From: Octopus vulgaris
Taxonomy: Eukaryota
Length of the DNA: 64,000 bases
Reading direction: 5' to 3'
Assembly (NCBI GenBank): GCA_951406725.2
Contig: OX597817.1
Location: 124,310,001-124,374,000, forward strand
Part shown: in pieces, positions 1 through 12,916 of the stretch
How positions within the stretch are numbered: position 1 is the stretch's first letter
How the letters are laid out: the number at the start of each line of letters is the position of its first letter
Translations under genes and position numbers: made by a program
Notes under the pieces: model-generated
Seen by the model: only the letters and a program-made list of their open reading frames with translations
Told to the model about the DNA's origin: nothing
Database searches by the model: none

Positions 1-1159
1 AGCAACAGAAACAGCAACACCAAATGCTGTTCAAGAATTTGGACCTGGAGATCATCATTTCCAGTGACTTTGAGGACCACCTCCCAGTGGTGTTGGGTGT
101 CAACGAAGAGCCCTCGACTACAACAAGATGACCAAAGTTTCTTTTTTTTCTCCAAAGTCTAGGGTCTTCCGCCCCTAAGCCCTAGACCATCACCTAATCT
201 CCCTTACCCAACTTGTTGCTTAACAACAACAACAACAACAACAACAGCAACACCAAATAAAACTTGAAAAATGTCGTTTGCTGTGTTCCAAGCAATTTTT
301 ACATTTTCATTCCCTTTTGATCAGAAAATTGTAACTGGTCTGTTGAACTAGCTTCATGTAGAACCTTTGTTAATTTTGATTTTATTGCTTCTTGTTGCTC
401 TAGCTATAGAGTATATCAGATATACTATAGAATATATCTGAAGATATTTATAGCTAACACTCTATAGAGCAACTCATCTATATGCAACATCTTCACAGAC
501 TGAAAAGCAGTTACGAATTGATCAATTTCAATTCTTTAATTCAGATTTCATCAGTGACTATGCGGCTTATTTAACTCATCATCATTGTTGCCACCAACAT
601 CACCACCACCAACGCCAGCACCAATATCAGCATGATCTTCATCATCATCATCATCATTTAATGTTCATCGTCTATGCTGGCATGGATTGGATGTTTTTAC
701 AGGATCCAATGAACCGGTATATTTGTTTTAGAATAATATTGCATGTGTGTGCATCATGTTTATGCAAATTTGTAATGATTTTGAAAAATATTTTGCCTTA
801 CCATTTGCTCTCTTGCCATCACAGGAGAATTAAATGTAACTCTGTAAAGAACCCTACTGCAGATTTAAGGCACAGATGAAAAACTGTCAGCAACATTGCA
901 TACACTGAGATTTTCCAGTGTTAAAACATTTTCAAAGCATTTAATCATTTTGTGGAAAGATATTTCTTGATTGCCTGTCAGTTAGTGCTTTTTTTTCCAT
1001 GAGATATCTTGGCTGTCAGTGACTAGTTATTATACATAAAATATCATGTTTATCTAGATACTTTTCTATTCAGATCAAATTTAAAGGTTCAACACGGTCT
1101 CCCAACAAAACTAGTCAGAAATCAAACCCTGCCATCTTTTAAAAAGAACTCATTGAATA

Positions 1160-1381
1160 ATCTCTTTTATAAAAGGCACAAAGCCTAACATTTGGGGTGG
1201 GGATGAGACTAGTTAATTACATCGAACCCAGTGTTTCACTGGTACTTAATTTATTGACCCCCAAAAGGATGAAAAGCAAAGCCGACCTCATCAAAATTTG
1301 AACACAGAATGTAATGACGGATGAAATGCCACAAAGCATTTTACCTGGTGTGCTAATGATTTTGCCAGCTCACCACCTTAG
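1160..1381 (-). mobile_element. tRNA-derived SINE, family B (core TTTCATCCTTT-GGGGTC-ATAAATTAAGTACCAG), inserted into an older repeat
   Basis: Minus strand begins AAGGTGGTGAGCTGGCAAAATC and carries a GTTCAAAT B-box-like motif. It matches copies at 12.7, 24.2, 34.0, 41.1 and 59.5 kb. A degenerate flanking duplication actcattgaataat / actcaataaataat is present. Confidence 0.8.
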
Positions 1382-2246
1382 ACTCAATAAATAATGCACT
1401 CTAAGATACACTTGGAGTGCTTTTGATCATAGGTTTGATGTATTAGGGCAGAACTGGGGCTAAGCAGCAGCAGCAACTATTACTGCTAATTAATGTTTTA
1501 GCAATTAGCTGTCAGTATTTTCATTTGTTAAATCTGTTACTTTATTGATATACAAATATTCAAGACAACCAAAAGAATTAACCTTCTATCATACCATTAA
1601 AGAAAAATTTAAATTTCAACATGGTATTTTCCTGTGTTAATGTATTTAATATTTAGAAGACGACTCTGTATCACTAACAAAAATTTTATTTTGGGAAAAT
1701 GTTTTAATTATCCATTATGAGTTAACCACAGACATTTATTTAAATTCAATTAATAGATTAAAAGTTTAAAAGTCTTCCAATGGATATTGACAGTCATTTA
1801 ATTTTATAGTAATTTAATTTTAATGGTAATTGTAAGAACAGCTTGCACTCTTTGATAAACATTAAGCATGTACTCTTCTTAATACTTTAGTAATTTCCGT
1901 TTCATGTCCAAGCTGGGGCACTACCTGCATGAAATTTAGTTGACCGCATTAATTCCCATTAAATATGTCAGTTAGTTTATTGTTTTTCTAAGGTTAAACT
2001 AATTTGACTTTCAATGTAACAAGATGCAACTCAACATGTATTACACTGATATATACAGATATGTAGACATATGCACATGTACACACACATCTGCACATAA
2101 ACACACTTATTGTTTTGGAACTGATGATTCATTCCGTTGCAATTTAGGACTTTTTTATCACATTGCAGACGCTGAGATCCTCTGCATAAATAAATGCGCA
2201 TATGTGTAAAATATAAACATAAGATTCACATAAATTTACTTATACA

Positions 2247-2415
2247 GGCGCAGGAGTGGCTGTGTGGTAAGTAGCTTGCTTACCAACCACATGGTCCCAG
2301 GTTCAGTTCCATTGCATTGCACCTTGGGCAAGTATCTTCTACTATAGCCTTGGGCAGACCAAAGCTTTGTAAGTGGATTTGGTAGACAGAAACTGGGAGA
2401 AGTCCATTGTATAAG

Positions 2416-2449
<34 letters not shown>

Positions 2450-2676
2450 CATGTGTGTGTATATGTTTGTGTGTCTGTTTGTCCCCCCAGCATTGCTTGA
2501 CAACCAATGCTGGTGCGTTTACGCCCCCATAACTTAGCAGTTCAGCAAAAGAGACCTATAGAATAAGTACTGGGATTACAAAGAATAAGCTCTGGGGTCG
2601 ATTTACTTGACTATAAAGGCAGTGCTCCAGCATGGCTGCAGTCAAATGACTGAAACAAGTAAAAGAGAAAAGAGTA
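2247..2676 (+). mobile_element. Full-length tRNA-derived SINE, family A (CORE-like, internal (TA)/(TG) microsatellite, GTAAAAGA tail)
   Basis: Head GGCGCAGGAGTGGCTGTGTGGTAAG (A-box-like) and GGTTCAGTTCC (B-box-like). CCTTGGGCAAGT resembles the CORE domain. Near-identical copies lie at 9.8, 16.2, 49.4 and 52.2 kb. Confidence 0.88.
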
Positions 2677-3389
2677 TATTAAAAGATACAGGCACACATG
2701 CAGGTGATTTGCTATTGCTTGGTAATGAGTATTCAGTTATTCAATCAACCGCTCTTGAAATATTGTCTAAGCAGCTGAATAATCCTAAAGCAGGTGTACC
2801 ATTAACATAACTCTCAGGCATATTGAGCATGACAAAAGTATATCATTTTAATTCTAGCTATAACCCCAGCTCCACAATGAGTTTCTATACAGATCCTGTG
2901 TACCCAATTTCACTTGCAGGGTATGGATTGACCCAAAGCCATGAAAAAGAACATGTGCCCAAGATGTCATGGAATGTGATTGAAGTTGTAGGTTATGGTA
3001 GAAAAGGAAACATTTGAATTATTTTACCACACTCTGACTGATGTAGATATATGTATACACATAAACATTCTTTTATTCTTCTATTTTTCTAAATGTTTCA
3101 GTCTTTTCACTGCAGCCATGCTAGAGAACCATGTTGAAGGGTTTTTAGTTGAACAAATTGACCCCAGGGTTTCTATTTTTTAAAGTCTGGTACTTATTCT
3201 ATCGGTCACTTTTGCCAAACTACTAAGTTGTGAGGATGTAAACATGCCAATACCAGTTGTCAAGTGGTAGTATGGGACAAACACAAACAAAGACACACAC
3301 ATAAATATAAACATGTGTGTGTGTGTGTATATATATACATACACACACACACACACACGCACACACACACACATATATATATATATATA

Positions 3390-4631
3390 CAAGGTGCATA
3401 AGGTATTTGAGGACATACATTCTTTGGGTCACTGCTGCATTTTTTGCTAACTCTGTATAATCTTTGTTTCAGAAAATAATAATGGCAGACCCTCAGCTTA
3501 CTCAAGAAATGAAGAGGTATGCTATTATTATGGTTATAAAGGCTGAGCATAGCGATTTAGAAATATCTCGATTTTTAAAAGTTGCCAGATCTTTCGTCTA
3601 CAAAGTTCGTAAGGAGCTAGAGACTGAAAATAGAAATGTATCACAATTACCAAAATCAGAAAAAGTATTCTAAACACTGTGAAACCATCAGAACACTTGA
3701 ATTTATCAAACAAGTTCAACAGACCATTGGTTACAATCCGAGAAAGTCCATAAAGTCAATTTCAAAAGATCTCCAAGTGATAGAAGGAACTGTCAGAAAT
3801 GTTGTTCACAAGGACATCAGATATAAGTCTCATATGATGAGGAAAGGTCATTTGTCTGATAAAGCAAAAGAAAATTACACATCAGATCTAAAAGGCGCTT
3901 AGACAAACTGAAACGTCCAGCAGAAGATGATTTGATTTGGTTTTTCTCAAACGAGAAAAACTTTGACCAAAATCAAAAAGTTAACGGAAGAAATGACAGA
4001 TGGTTACGTGCATACCCTTCTGAAGTTCCAAGTGTTATGCATACAAAATTTCCTGCAACTGTCATGGTTTTAGAGGTTGTCAGCAATGAAGGACATGTGA
4101 TGCCTCCTTACATCATTCCACAAGGCCTTAGAGTTAACTCTGCCACCTACATTGAGGTTCTAGAAATAATTGTTAAGCCCTGGATAGACAGTGTATGCAG
4201 TGGAAGGCCATATGTGTTCCAGTAAAACTCTGAGTAACACAGGAATGGATGGCTGAAAACTTTCATAATCACATAACCTCTTACATTTGGCCTCGTAATT
4301 CCCCAGATCTCAATCCATTGGACTATTACATGTGGAGCGTTGTTGTGAGAGAGAGAGCTCAATGAACATGCCAATAACAGCTTCTTTGAAAGTTGCCATT
4401 GTCATAGTAATGACCAAAAAGGAACCAGGACCACTTGATTCGAGCACATAGATGATTTAGATCTCATACAGAAGCAGTTGTTGAAGCTGAAGCTGGCTTT
4501 ATTGAATAACATTATAGAAAAAAAGGTTTAGTTTTATCCTCATAGTATTTTTTGATAAATAAGGTTATTATCTGTTATTATATATTTATGTTATATATAA
4601 ACATAAATCTGTCCTCAAAAATCTTACTCAC

Positions 4632-4635
<4 letters not shown>
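3390..4635 (+). mobile_element. Tc1/mariner-superfamily DNA transposon, maT/DD37D-like, decayed
   Basis: Imperfect ~28-bp TIRs CAAGGTGCATAAGGTATTTGAGGACATA / rc CAGAGTGAGTAAGATTTTTGAGGACAGA, with TA on both sides; length 1246 bp; transposase remnants inside. Confidence 0.92.
3482..4509 (+). pseudogene. maT/DD37D-like transposase pseudogene
   Basis: Frameshifted fragments: N-terminal HTH (DLEISRFLKVARSFVYKVRK), WFFSNEKNF, NDRW, KFPATVMVL, RPYVFQ*, WPRNSPDLNPLDY, and C-terminal EAVVEAEAGFIE*. Confidence 0.9.
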
Positions 4636-4671
<36 letters not shown>

Positions 4672-4676
<5 letters not shown>

Positions 4677-4888
4677 GGTAAAGACCCCCTTCGGTCATGA
4701 ATGACCATGGGATTGCACCTAGAAAGTTACCCTCCTAGACACAAGTCCGGGCAAGGTTGTTTATGGAAGACCAGCAGTCGCCCATGCATACCAGCCTCCC
4801 CTCTCCACGCCACCAGTGTTATCCAAGGGAAAGACAAAGGTCGATACAGCTTGGCACCTGTGACGTCGCAACTCATTTCTAGAGCTGA
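4672..4888 (-). mobile_element. SINE family C, 3' portion
   Basis: Matches 27740-27950 and the ends of 63801-63983 (TGCAATCCCATGGTCATTCATGACCGAAG tail). Confidence 0.75.
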
Positions 4889-7158
4889 TACACAAACAAG
4901 CATACAACAGGCTTCTTTCAGTTTCTTTCTACCAAATCCACTCACAAGGCTTTGTAGAATACACTTGCCCAAGGTGCCATGCAGTGGGACTGAACCCAGA
5001 CCAATGTAGTTGGGAAGCAAGCGTCTTACCACACAGCCATACACATAAAAATATATACGGCACCAATTAACTTCTATTTTCTATATTGGTATAGGTAGGA
5101 TTCTTTGACAGATTCTGGTTAGCTCCAATGCTACTTTTGGTATGGTTTCTATGACTGGATGCCCCAACCACTAAACAGTGCATACAGCATACTTTCTTTG
5201 AGTCACTGACACTGTGTGAGGTTACCAAATAACTTGTAAAACAGGAAAAGAACAACAAAAAGAAAATGAAAAAAGAAAATAGCAAGAAGAAAAAGGACCC
5301 CTTAATTATACAAACACATAAATGCACACAGAAACATACATGCACAAACACTTCAAAATATGTGTAGATATTAGGCTGATATCCATTGTACTTGCACACA
5401 CTTACACACACTGATATATATATATATTGAGGAATGCCCAATTGATGAATGCACTATGTAAGCAGCACTTACTTGCACAGATGCTTAGCTCTATTTGTAA
5501 AAAGTAGTACAAATGTACAACACATGGATGTGAACATCTGTTCTTAAATATGCACACTTGCATAAAGCATACAATCATTAAATGCTTACAAAAATATTTT
5601 AAAAACAAACATAGGTATATTTAGTTAGATGAGCAATTCCTTTCATAAAAGGGCAAAAAAGATATGTAAATGAAAATAATGGGGTGTATTACATATATAA
5701 AGTGTGGGAAATATAATACTGAATGAAAAGAAAAAAGAAAATTGAATATAGAACAAAGAAATAAGTCAAAGGAAAAGTAAATGTGGTCCTGGTATATGCA
5801 TCCATCTGTGCAAATTTTACTGTCTGAATGGGGAAATAAAGTTTGATTTTATGAATCGGTTATAAATAATAATTATTGACAGGTTGGGGACAGATTTAAA
5901 GTGAATCAGCTGAAATGTAAAAATTGATAAGGTAGAAGCCATAAGTCAAGGATTAGGGAAAAGTGGCAGACTAAATGAAAGGAAAACAAAGCATAAAACA
6001 TAGTAAATAAAAAAGAAGAATTGGTAAACAGAAGTTAGCAAGAATTGAAATGTTTGTTGATGCAGAAAGTGCGTGGTATGATTTTGCAAATGCATGCAAC
6101 ATTTCCAGGTTGGCAGCAAGTATATTCCAAGTATAAAATTGATTTTATGAGGGCACAAAGACACCAGTTCTGATTTTAAATTTATTTGTTACAATGGTTG
6201 TGTCAGGATGTTGTATTTCTCTGATAGGCAGGAGGGATATATGACATTGTTGATATATGCAGTGGAGATTTGATGATTTATTTGTCAATACTTTAATTAT
6301 AGATCCAGTGGGGTTCAGATTCTAAATTTACTTAGAGACTGTGGTAATGCCCCTAATTTTTTCATAACTGATTGAAAAGGTATGTAACTTGTATCTGACT
6401 TGAAAGTATTCCCCGTAAAGCCTAAAGCACAGTATAAAACACTTATAAGTATTTACTATTTAACAGACAGATGTTGCTGTTGAAGCAACTGCATTGTAGA
6501 AGTAAATGTGGTATGCTGTTTCATTTTTTTTAATCTAGCAAATGAAAGAGAAATTACCAATACAGTTGTAATTTCAATAAATTTTGAAGATTTTATGAAA
6601 CATAATTTGAAATAAATATTTGCCAACTAAGTTTAGAAAAATACACATAATAATAGAGTGAACATTCAAACTATATAAACTTATAAGAACTAGTGTTACT
6701 CTGCTAAATACATATTGATGATATTTGTTGTAAATACACCCATACTCTTGGGTTGCATTATAAGTCCAAAGAGGGAGAAATGTACATATCACTACTGGTC
6801 AATTTTTGTCTGCTATTAAGAGATACTTTCTCAAGAATACCACAGTTATTTAGGCTTTCAATTATGTATTTGTTTTGTGTATGATACACAGATTGCTACA
6901 TAAAATTCTGTAGAGCAGTTACATATTTCTGTATCAGAACATAAAATGGAAGAACATTTAATGACAATACCAGCAAAATTTCTCAGAATGGTTTGGAAAA
7001 GTCTTTTGGATATGCAATATAATCTGTAAAGATCTCTAGAATGGTTATAAATGACTTGAACTAAATTATGAATAAGAAATTAAGTACACCACTATTCCAG
7101 AATAATAATTGCAGGTAGGGAAGTTAGAAGCTCAGGTAACATTATTGTTTTCAAACAT

Positions 7159-7159
<1 letters not shown>

Positions 7160-7208
<49 letters not shown>
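7160..7208. repeat. (CA)n microsatellite
   Basis: Direct reading of the sequence. Confidence 0.95.
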
Positions 7209-8834
7209 CTACATAAAAGGCTGATTCATATCAAAGAGAAATTTAGATATGTGATACATCATATTAGGGCAATTTTTAAATATTTTACGTAGAATTTTCC
7301 ATGATGTTTGCAGTGTTGATATTTGAATTCTTAATCAAAGTATTGATTCAATACACTGGAAGATTACAAGCCAAAATCTCTCAAAAGGAAGAGAAAATAA
7401 TTTACATAATACCTCTGGAAAAAGCCTGTCTCCCAAACACTTACTTTATTAGTTTTGAATAATTTACACTGTAACTAAGGAAATATTACACCATATTATA
7501 AAAGATATCTTAATTGAATTTAGCACTTTATGCTTGAAATCTAACTGGTAGCACAATATTCTCTTGATGTAATAGCACAGTGAGCTGTGAGATGAGAAAT
7601 AACAATGCTTCCTATATATTTGATGTTAATAAGTATCTAGTTGTGAAGTCCTGCTATTGGTTTTTTAATGAAAAGATAAAATAAAACATGTTTGAGCTAT
7701 CTTTGAGATACTTTGAATATAATATATGCAACAATATATATATATATGTGTGTGTGTATAGATATATGCATTTTTATATAATATTATATTATAGGATTTC
7801 GGTAGAATGTATTCTACATTGCCTTTATGTAGTTTTCAGAAATAAGTTGCCTATGAATTTTTTTTTTATATTCCGGGGATATACTTTTGCTTTATCCAGA
7901 AGATTTATATCTATGACCTACTTACATTGGAAAATTTAAGTCATCTTCTGATGTATTCCTTACATTACAATAAATTATCAAAGCCAATCTTTCAGCTCAA
8001 AAACTTGGAATATCTATGTTTATAACATTTGCCATTAGAGTAACAGTTGACAGAATGTGCACAAAATTGTTAAATAAGATTTTGACATTATTATTATTTT
8101 AGGCAATTTTCCTGTTGATCTTTGGCCTGTTAGGGCTCTTCCTTAAGCTATAAATTAATGAATAAGACATTACATAATCTCAAAATATTATAAACCAGTT
8201 ATTAAATGGTAAGGATAATTTAACTGATACTTCATCCTTTTGAATTGTTATACTCAGAGGTTTGGACAGGAAAGAGTTCAAATGGCTGACATTTCTTTTG
8301 AATTTCCAGCAGTTAGCAAGAATGATTTTAAGACAGGTAGTTCTAGAGAATAATGAATATTTTGTGCATATTGCTTGCTATATCAAATTAGGCATGTGGC
8401 TTATAGAAAGGGTTTGAATATTGAGAAATGTGAACTGGAGGTGAAGTGTCTTATAAAGGCTTTTCAATCATATTATATTTGTAAGCTTGTGATAGTTTAT
8501 GTTGATGTTTAACTCAGAGGTGGTGGAAGAAGCATGAGTTTTATGTCAGCGTGCTATTTTGAGATCAATTTAATACTAACAGTTCTGCTGGATATTTTAT
8601 GACACTAAAATAGGCTTTTTACATCTCATAATATACATATCAAAATGCACATTCATCATTATCATTTCAATGCTTCTTTTTCCATACTGGCATGGGCTGG
8701 GTGAGTCTTATTAATGAAGTACTTTATAGTGTAATGCCTTTCCTGTCAGTAACTGCATTTTTCAATTAAGTTATTTTTGTTTTTCTATTTCTCTTCACAT
8801 GCCTGAAGTAAGATGCTTTCATACTGAAGGGCAT

Positions 8835-9490
8835 ATTGCTTGAGGGAGACCTTTGGAAATATGCTGTGCTTGAGAAGACCTGGTAAGCCAAGTAAGACCA
8901 TGACCTGTGGCCTATGCCAGTGGTGCAACCAGCCCACTTATGTGTACCTTTCCTTCATTGAACACTAAACTCTGCTTGTGAAGACCTGTTGAGGCAAGTG
9001 AAATCGAAATCAAATTCGATGACAGCACCGCATGACTGGCATCCATGTTAGTGGAGCGCTAAGAGCACCATCCGAGTGTGATCGCTGCCAGGGCCACTGA
9101 CTGGCTCCCATACCAGTGATATGTAAAAAGCACCATTCGAGCATGATCATTACCAGCGTCACCTTACTGGCATTTGTGCCATTGGCACATGAAAAACAAC
9201 CTTTGAGTAAGGTCGTTGCCAGTGCCACTGGACTGGCTCCTATACAGGTGGCATGTAAAAAATTCCTTGAGTATGGCCATTGCCAGTACCACCTGACTGG
9301 CTCTCATGCTGGTGGCATGTATAAGCATCCACTACACTCTCAGAGTGGTTGGCGTTAGGAAGGGCATCCAGCTGTTGAAACTCTGCCAGATCAGATTGGA
9401 GCCTGATGCAGCTATCTGGCTCGCCAGTCTGCAGTCAAAGGGTCTTACCCATGCCAGCATGAAAAGCAGACGTTAAATAATGATGAATAC
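8835..9490 (+). mobile_element. RTE-clade LINE 3' end with tandem-repeat 3' UTR
   Basis: ORF end DLWKYAVLEKTW*AK*, about five ~60-65-bp tandem units (9030-9330), then the shared tail GGCGTTAGGAAGGGCATCCAGCTG...ACCCATGCCAGCATG...TAATGATGA. Same family as 35558-36180. Confidence 0.75.
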
Positions 9491-9529
9491 CATCATCACT
9501 TGAACAGGATCACATGCAAAGAAACATGG

Positions 9530-9571
<42 letters not shown>

Positions 9572-9782
9572 CACACAAATGAAAGGATTCTACACAGTTG
9601 TACACAATTTCCATTCTCTAAGCATCGGTCAGCCTCATAGTATAGTAGAAAACACTTGTCCAAAGTGCCACACTTTATCATGAAGAAAACTTCACATAAA
9701 CACAGCCATGTCTGATTTTTATTTTAAATTCTCAATAAAATAATTTGGTTAAAGAATCTTTCTTTGAATTCTTGTCCCCATA

Positions 9783-10164
9783 GGCATAAGAGAGGCTGTG
9801 TGGTAAGTAGCTTACTTACCAACCACATGGTTCCAGGTTCAGTCCCACTGTGTGGCACCTTGGGTAAGTATCTTCTTCTATAGCCTCAGGCTGATCAAAG
9901 CCCGAAAGAAGCCCGTCATCTATATGTATGTATATATATATATGTGTGCGTGTGTGCGTGTGTGTGTATGTGTGTTTGTCCCCCTAACATCGCTTGACAA
10001 CCGATGCTGGTGTGTTTATGTCCCCGTAACTTAGCAGTTTGGCAAAAGAGACTGATAGAATAAGTACTAGGCTTACAAAGAATAAGTTCCGGGGTCGAAT
10101 TGCTCGACTAAAGGCGGTGCTCCAGCATGGCCACGGTCAAATGACTGAAACAAGTAAAAGAGTG
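9783..10164 (+). mobile_element. Family A SINE with a short internal deletion
   Basis: Head GGCTGTGTGGTAAGTAGCTT, internal microsatellite and tail GACTGAAACAAGTAAAAGAG. Confidence 0.87.
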
Positions 10165-12154
10165 TATATGTGACAGTCATCTTCAACCATGGATGAAAAT
10201 GTAAGGAAAGAAATATAGATTATTGGGAGATAAAACACATGTTCACTGAAATCTGCTGAAATAATCCTGAAAAACTGCATAAATTTAAATATATAAAAGA
10301 AAATTACATACTTTGCCTTTGTGCAGATTTGTTCACAATAAACGGATTATTTATAGTATATTTATAGTATAGTTATTTTGTCAACCAATAATACAAAATT
10401 TCCATCATTTTACTCTTTTTCTTTAACCACATAATGTAATTAGCATTAAATTTAATTGGAATTTTTTTAAACTGTTGTCTTGAAACTATCTGGAAGGACA
10501 TTTAATCAAGGCATAATAGTTACTTTATGCTCATCAAACTGCTTTACCAAAGCTGTAATGAAATGGTCAATAATTTGTTAAATAACATTCTCAAAATAGT
10601 TTTTTCTGTTTCTTTACCTGCTCTATGTCTGGAGTCTGGATATTCTCCCATATGTGGTTTCATTCTGTCACCTTCATAGAATACTGTTATACAGACAATT
10701 TTATCACATATAAACTATCTTAGTAGAGTGGGCAACTGTTTTATTTTAGAAGTATTAGATTAGTTTAATTAGTTTTATGTTCTTTCTTATGTTTCTTCCT
10801 AATAATGGGAAATTATTATTGTTTGTAGATCTGAAAGGAATTGTAACCACATCAATGGGGATTATTTAAGAACTAATGCATCTATTTTATTCTCTTTTGA
10901 AACTAAATATTTTTAATCATTTGAAATATTTCACCATCAGGAATTATTTCATTGCTAACAAAAGTTGATAATTTCATGACAAAGTATGCTCCAATTTACC
11001 TCTTTCTATTGGCTATTCAACTAAAATCAATTAAGAAATTTAATCGTTTTAAAGCGTCTACGTCTAGAATAAATTTGACAGAAAACTACACCATGACAAC
11101 AAAGCTATGACTTGGTTGACTAGTCTAGATGGTAATGTCATGCAATAACACTAAATATAATTGCTTACTTAGTATGTAACTATGAGAGCTTTATTCACTC
11201 GATAACCATTAATTTTGTTAGCTGACATAATTACTTAAAGCATAGCAAGTAAAGTCTAATATATATATCACATAGGAATGAGTTATGTTATGAAAGCCAT
11301 GGCATTATGGAAAAACAGATAGCAAACCTTGCACAAGCATTATTGGAATAAAAGGATTTATGTTATATTCGCTGTTGATAGTTTGTCGTGTGTTAGCAGA
11401 TTTATCACATTCAAGACAAACTAAATTAGAACTTATAGTCTTAGTTGTAGTCTTCTATAATCACATTTACATTTAGCAAGCTTTACAGAAACAATATGTT
11501 GGCTTCAGTACTTGACTGGTATTTTATTTTTATCAGTGCTTGAAAGAATGAAGGTGAGGTTGTATGGCAGGATTTGAAACAAAATGCAGAATTTACTGGC
11601 TAGAAAATAAATACCACAAATATTTTGTCCAGTCCTCCAGTGTTTCTACAAATTCCCTGCTTATGTAGCCTTTAGTGCATTGACCATGAAATGCTTTAAT
11701 CTATTTTGCATATATCAGATGTTGGATAGTGGTCAAAACATACAATAATTGTGATGGAATAATGATGAGACACATAAACTGATAACTCTATTTGAATGTT
11801 TATAAATATTATGGCACACACCATATATTATACAGACTGACAGGGAATTAATAAAGAAAGCTGACAGGGAATTAATCAAGATTGTTCTTATTTGAAGTTT
11901 TCTTTTATAGTGTTTTTAATAAAGTCCTAATATATTCCATTTTCTGAACTAATAAGCATGATATTTGCCATTGACTAATATTTCTCACACTTAGTTCTAA
12001 TTCTTTTATCATTATCTTTTATTTGTTTCAGTAATTAACCATAGCATCATAGTCAAGTGTGTTCTATAATCTCAAGCTGACCAAAGCCTTGTGAGTGCAT
12101 TTGGTAGAAAGAAACTCAAAGAAGCCCATTGTATTTTATACATACATATATGTA

Positions 12155-12190
<36 letters not shown>

Positions 12191-12705
12191 TGTATGTATG
12201 TATGTATGTATAACAGTAACTAGTGAGGGATTATAACTACTACATAAGCTCTCTGTTGGCACACTAGGCTAATAATATTGCTTAGATTAGTGAAGAACTC
12301 CAAATATTTTTATTGCAGGGTTTGAGGTTATGGTTCCTCACCATTCTATATTGTAAATCCATGGTTGTGCTCCTGTCAAACTGGTTTCTGCTCAGAGTGA
12401 TATACAAGACAAGGCATAAATAATGGTCATTACATATTTTTCCTTTATTGTAGTAAATCTAGCTTACAGCTGTTTCCAGTAATCGTGAATTCAATGTATT
12501 AACTCTAACTAAAGTATTGTAGAATATTTATTCATAAAATTACATTAATAAAATCCAAGAAACTAAATTAAATTTGCTTATAACATGGAACAGAATTTTA
12601 GAATAAGCTGAAGATCCTTAAATGTAAAATTTTTAATTCAGTGATGAGATGATATAGGTAAGGTTTTTAAAGAATGGTTGTGATTTTTTGGGACTTAATA
12701 TTAGT

Positions 12706-12916
12706 TTCAAAGTTTGGCACAAGACCAGTAATTTCAAGGGAAGAAGTATTTCGAATTACATTGTCTCCAATGCTCAAATGGTACTTATTATATCAACTAT
12801 AAAAGGATGAAAGGTAAAGTGGACCTCAGCAGAATTTGAACTCAAAATGTAAAGATGGACAAAATGCTGCTAAGCCTTTAGCCCAGATTGCTAACAATTC
12901 AACGAACTCTTCACCT
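12706..12916 (-). mobile_element. Family B SINE with ~19-bp target-site duplication
   Basis: Core AAGGATGAAAGGTAAAGT-GACCTC; flanks tttgggacttaatattagt (12687-12705) and tttgggaattaatattggt (12916-12934). Confidence 0.8.

Larger units (their letters stand above)
3075..5045 (-). mobile_element. Family A SINE split at its internal microsatellite by two nested insertions (3' half 3075-3388, 5' half about 4900-5045)
   Basis: Both halves align in order to the reverse complement of the 2247-2676 copy, with the maT element and a family C SINE between them. Confidence 0.75.

Noticed and set aside
508-560. Hammerhead-like motif on the minus strand (CTGATGA...GAAA TTGATCAA TT)
   Set aside because: The core words and a palindrome are present, but stem II is weak and A-U only, and stem I pairs only by consuming C3; it cannot be told from chance.
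2247-2330. tRNA genes at SINE heads (also 40270-40335 and 63801-63860)
   Set aside because: Only A/B-box-like motifs are present, without a complete cloverleaf, and they continue into repeat bodies.
9030-9330. CRISPR-like repeat array
   Set aside because: The units are degenerate tandem repeats without unique spacers, lie in a LINE 3' UTR, and there are no cas genes in this eukaryotic DNA.
11837-11881. 24-bp tandem duplication (also 16 bp at 43567-43597)
   Set aside because: Ordinary local slippage duplications with no further structure.
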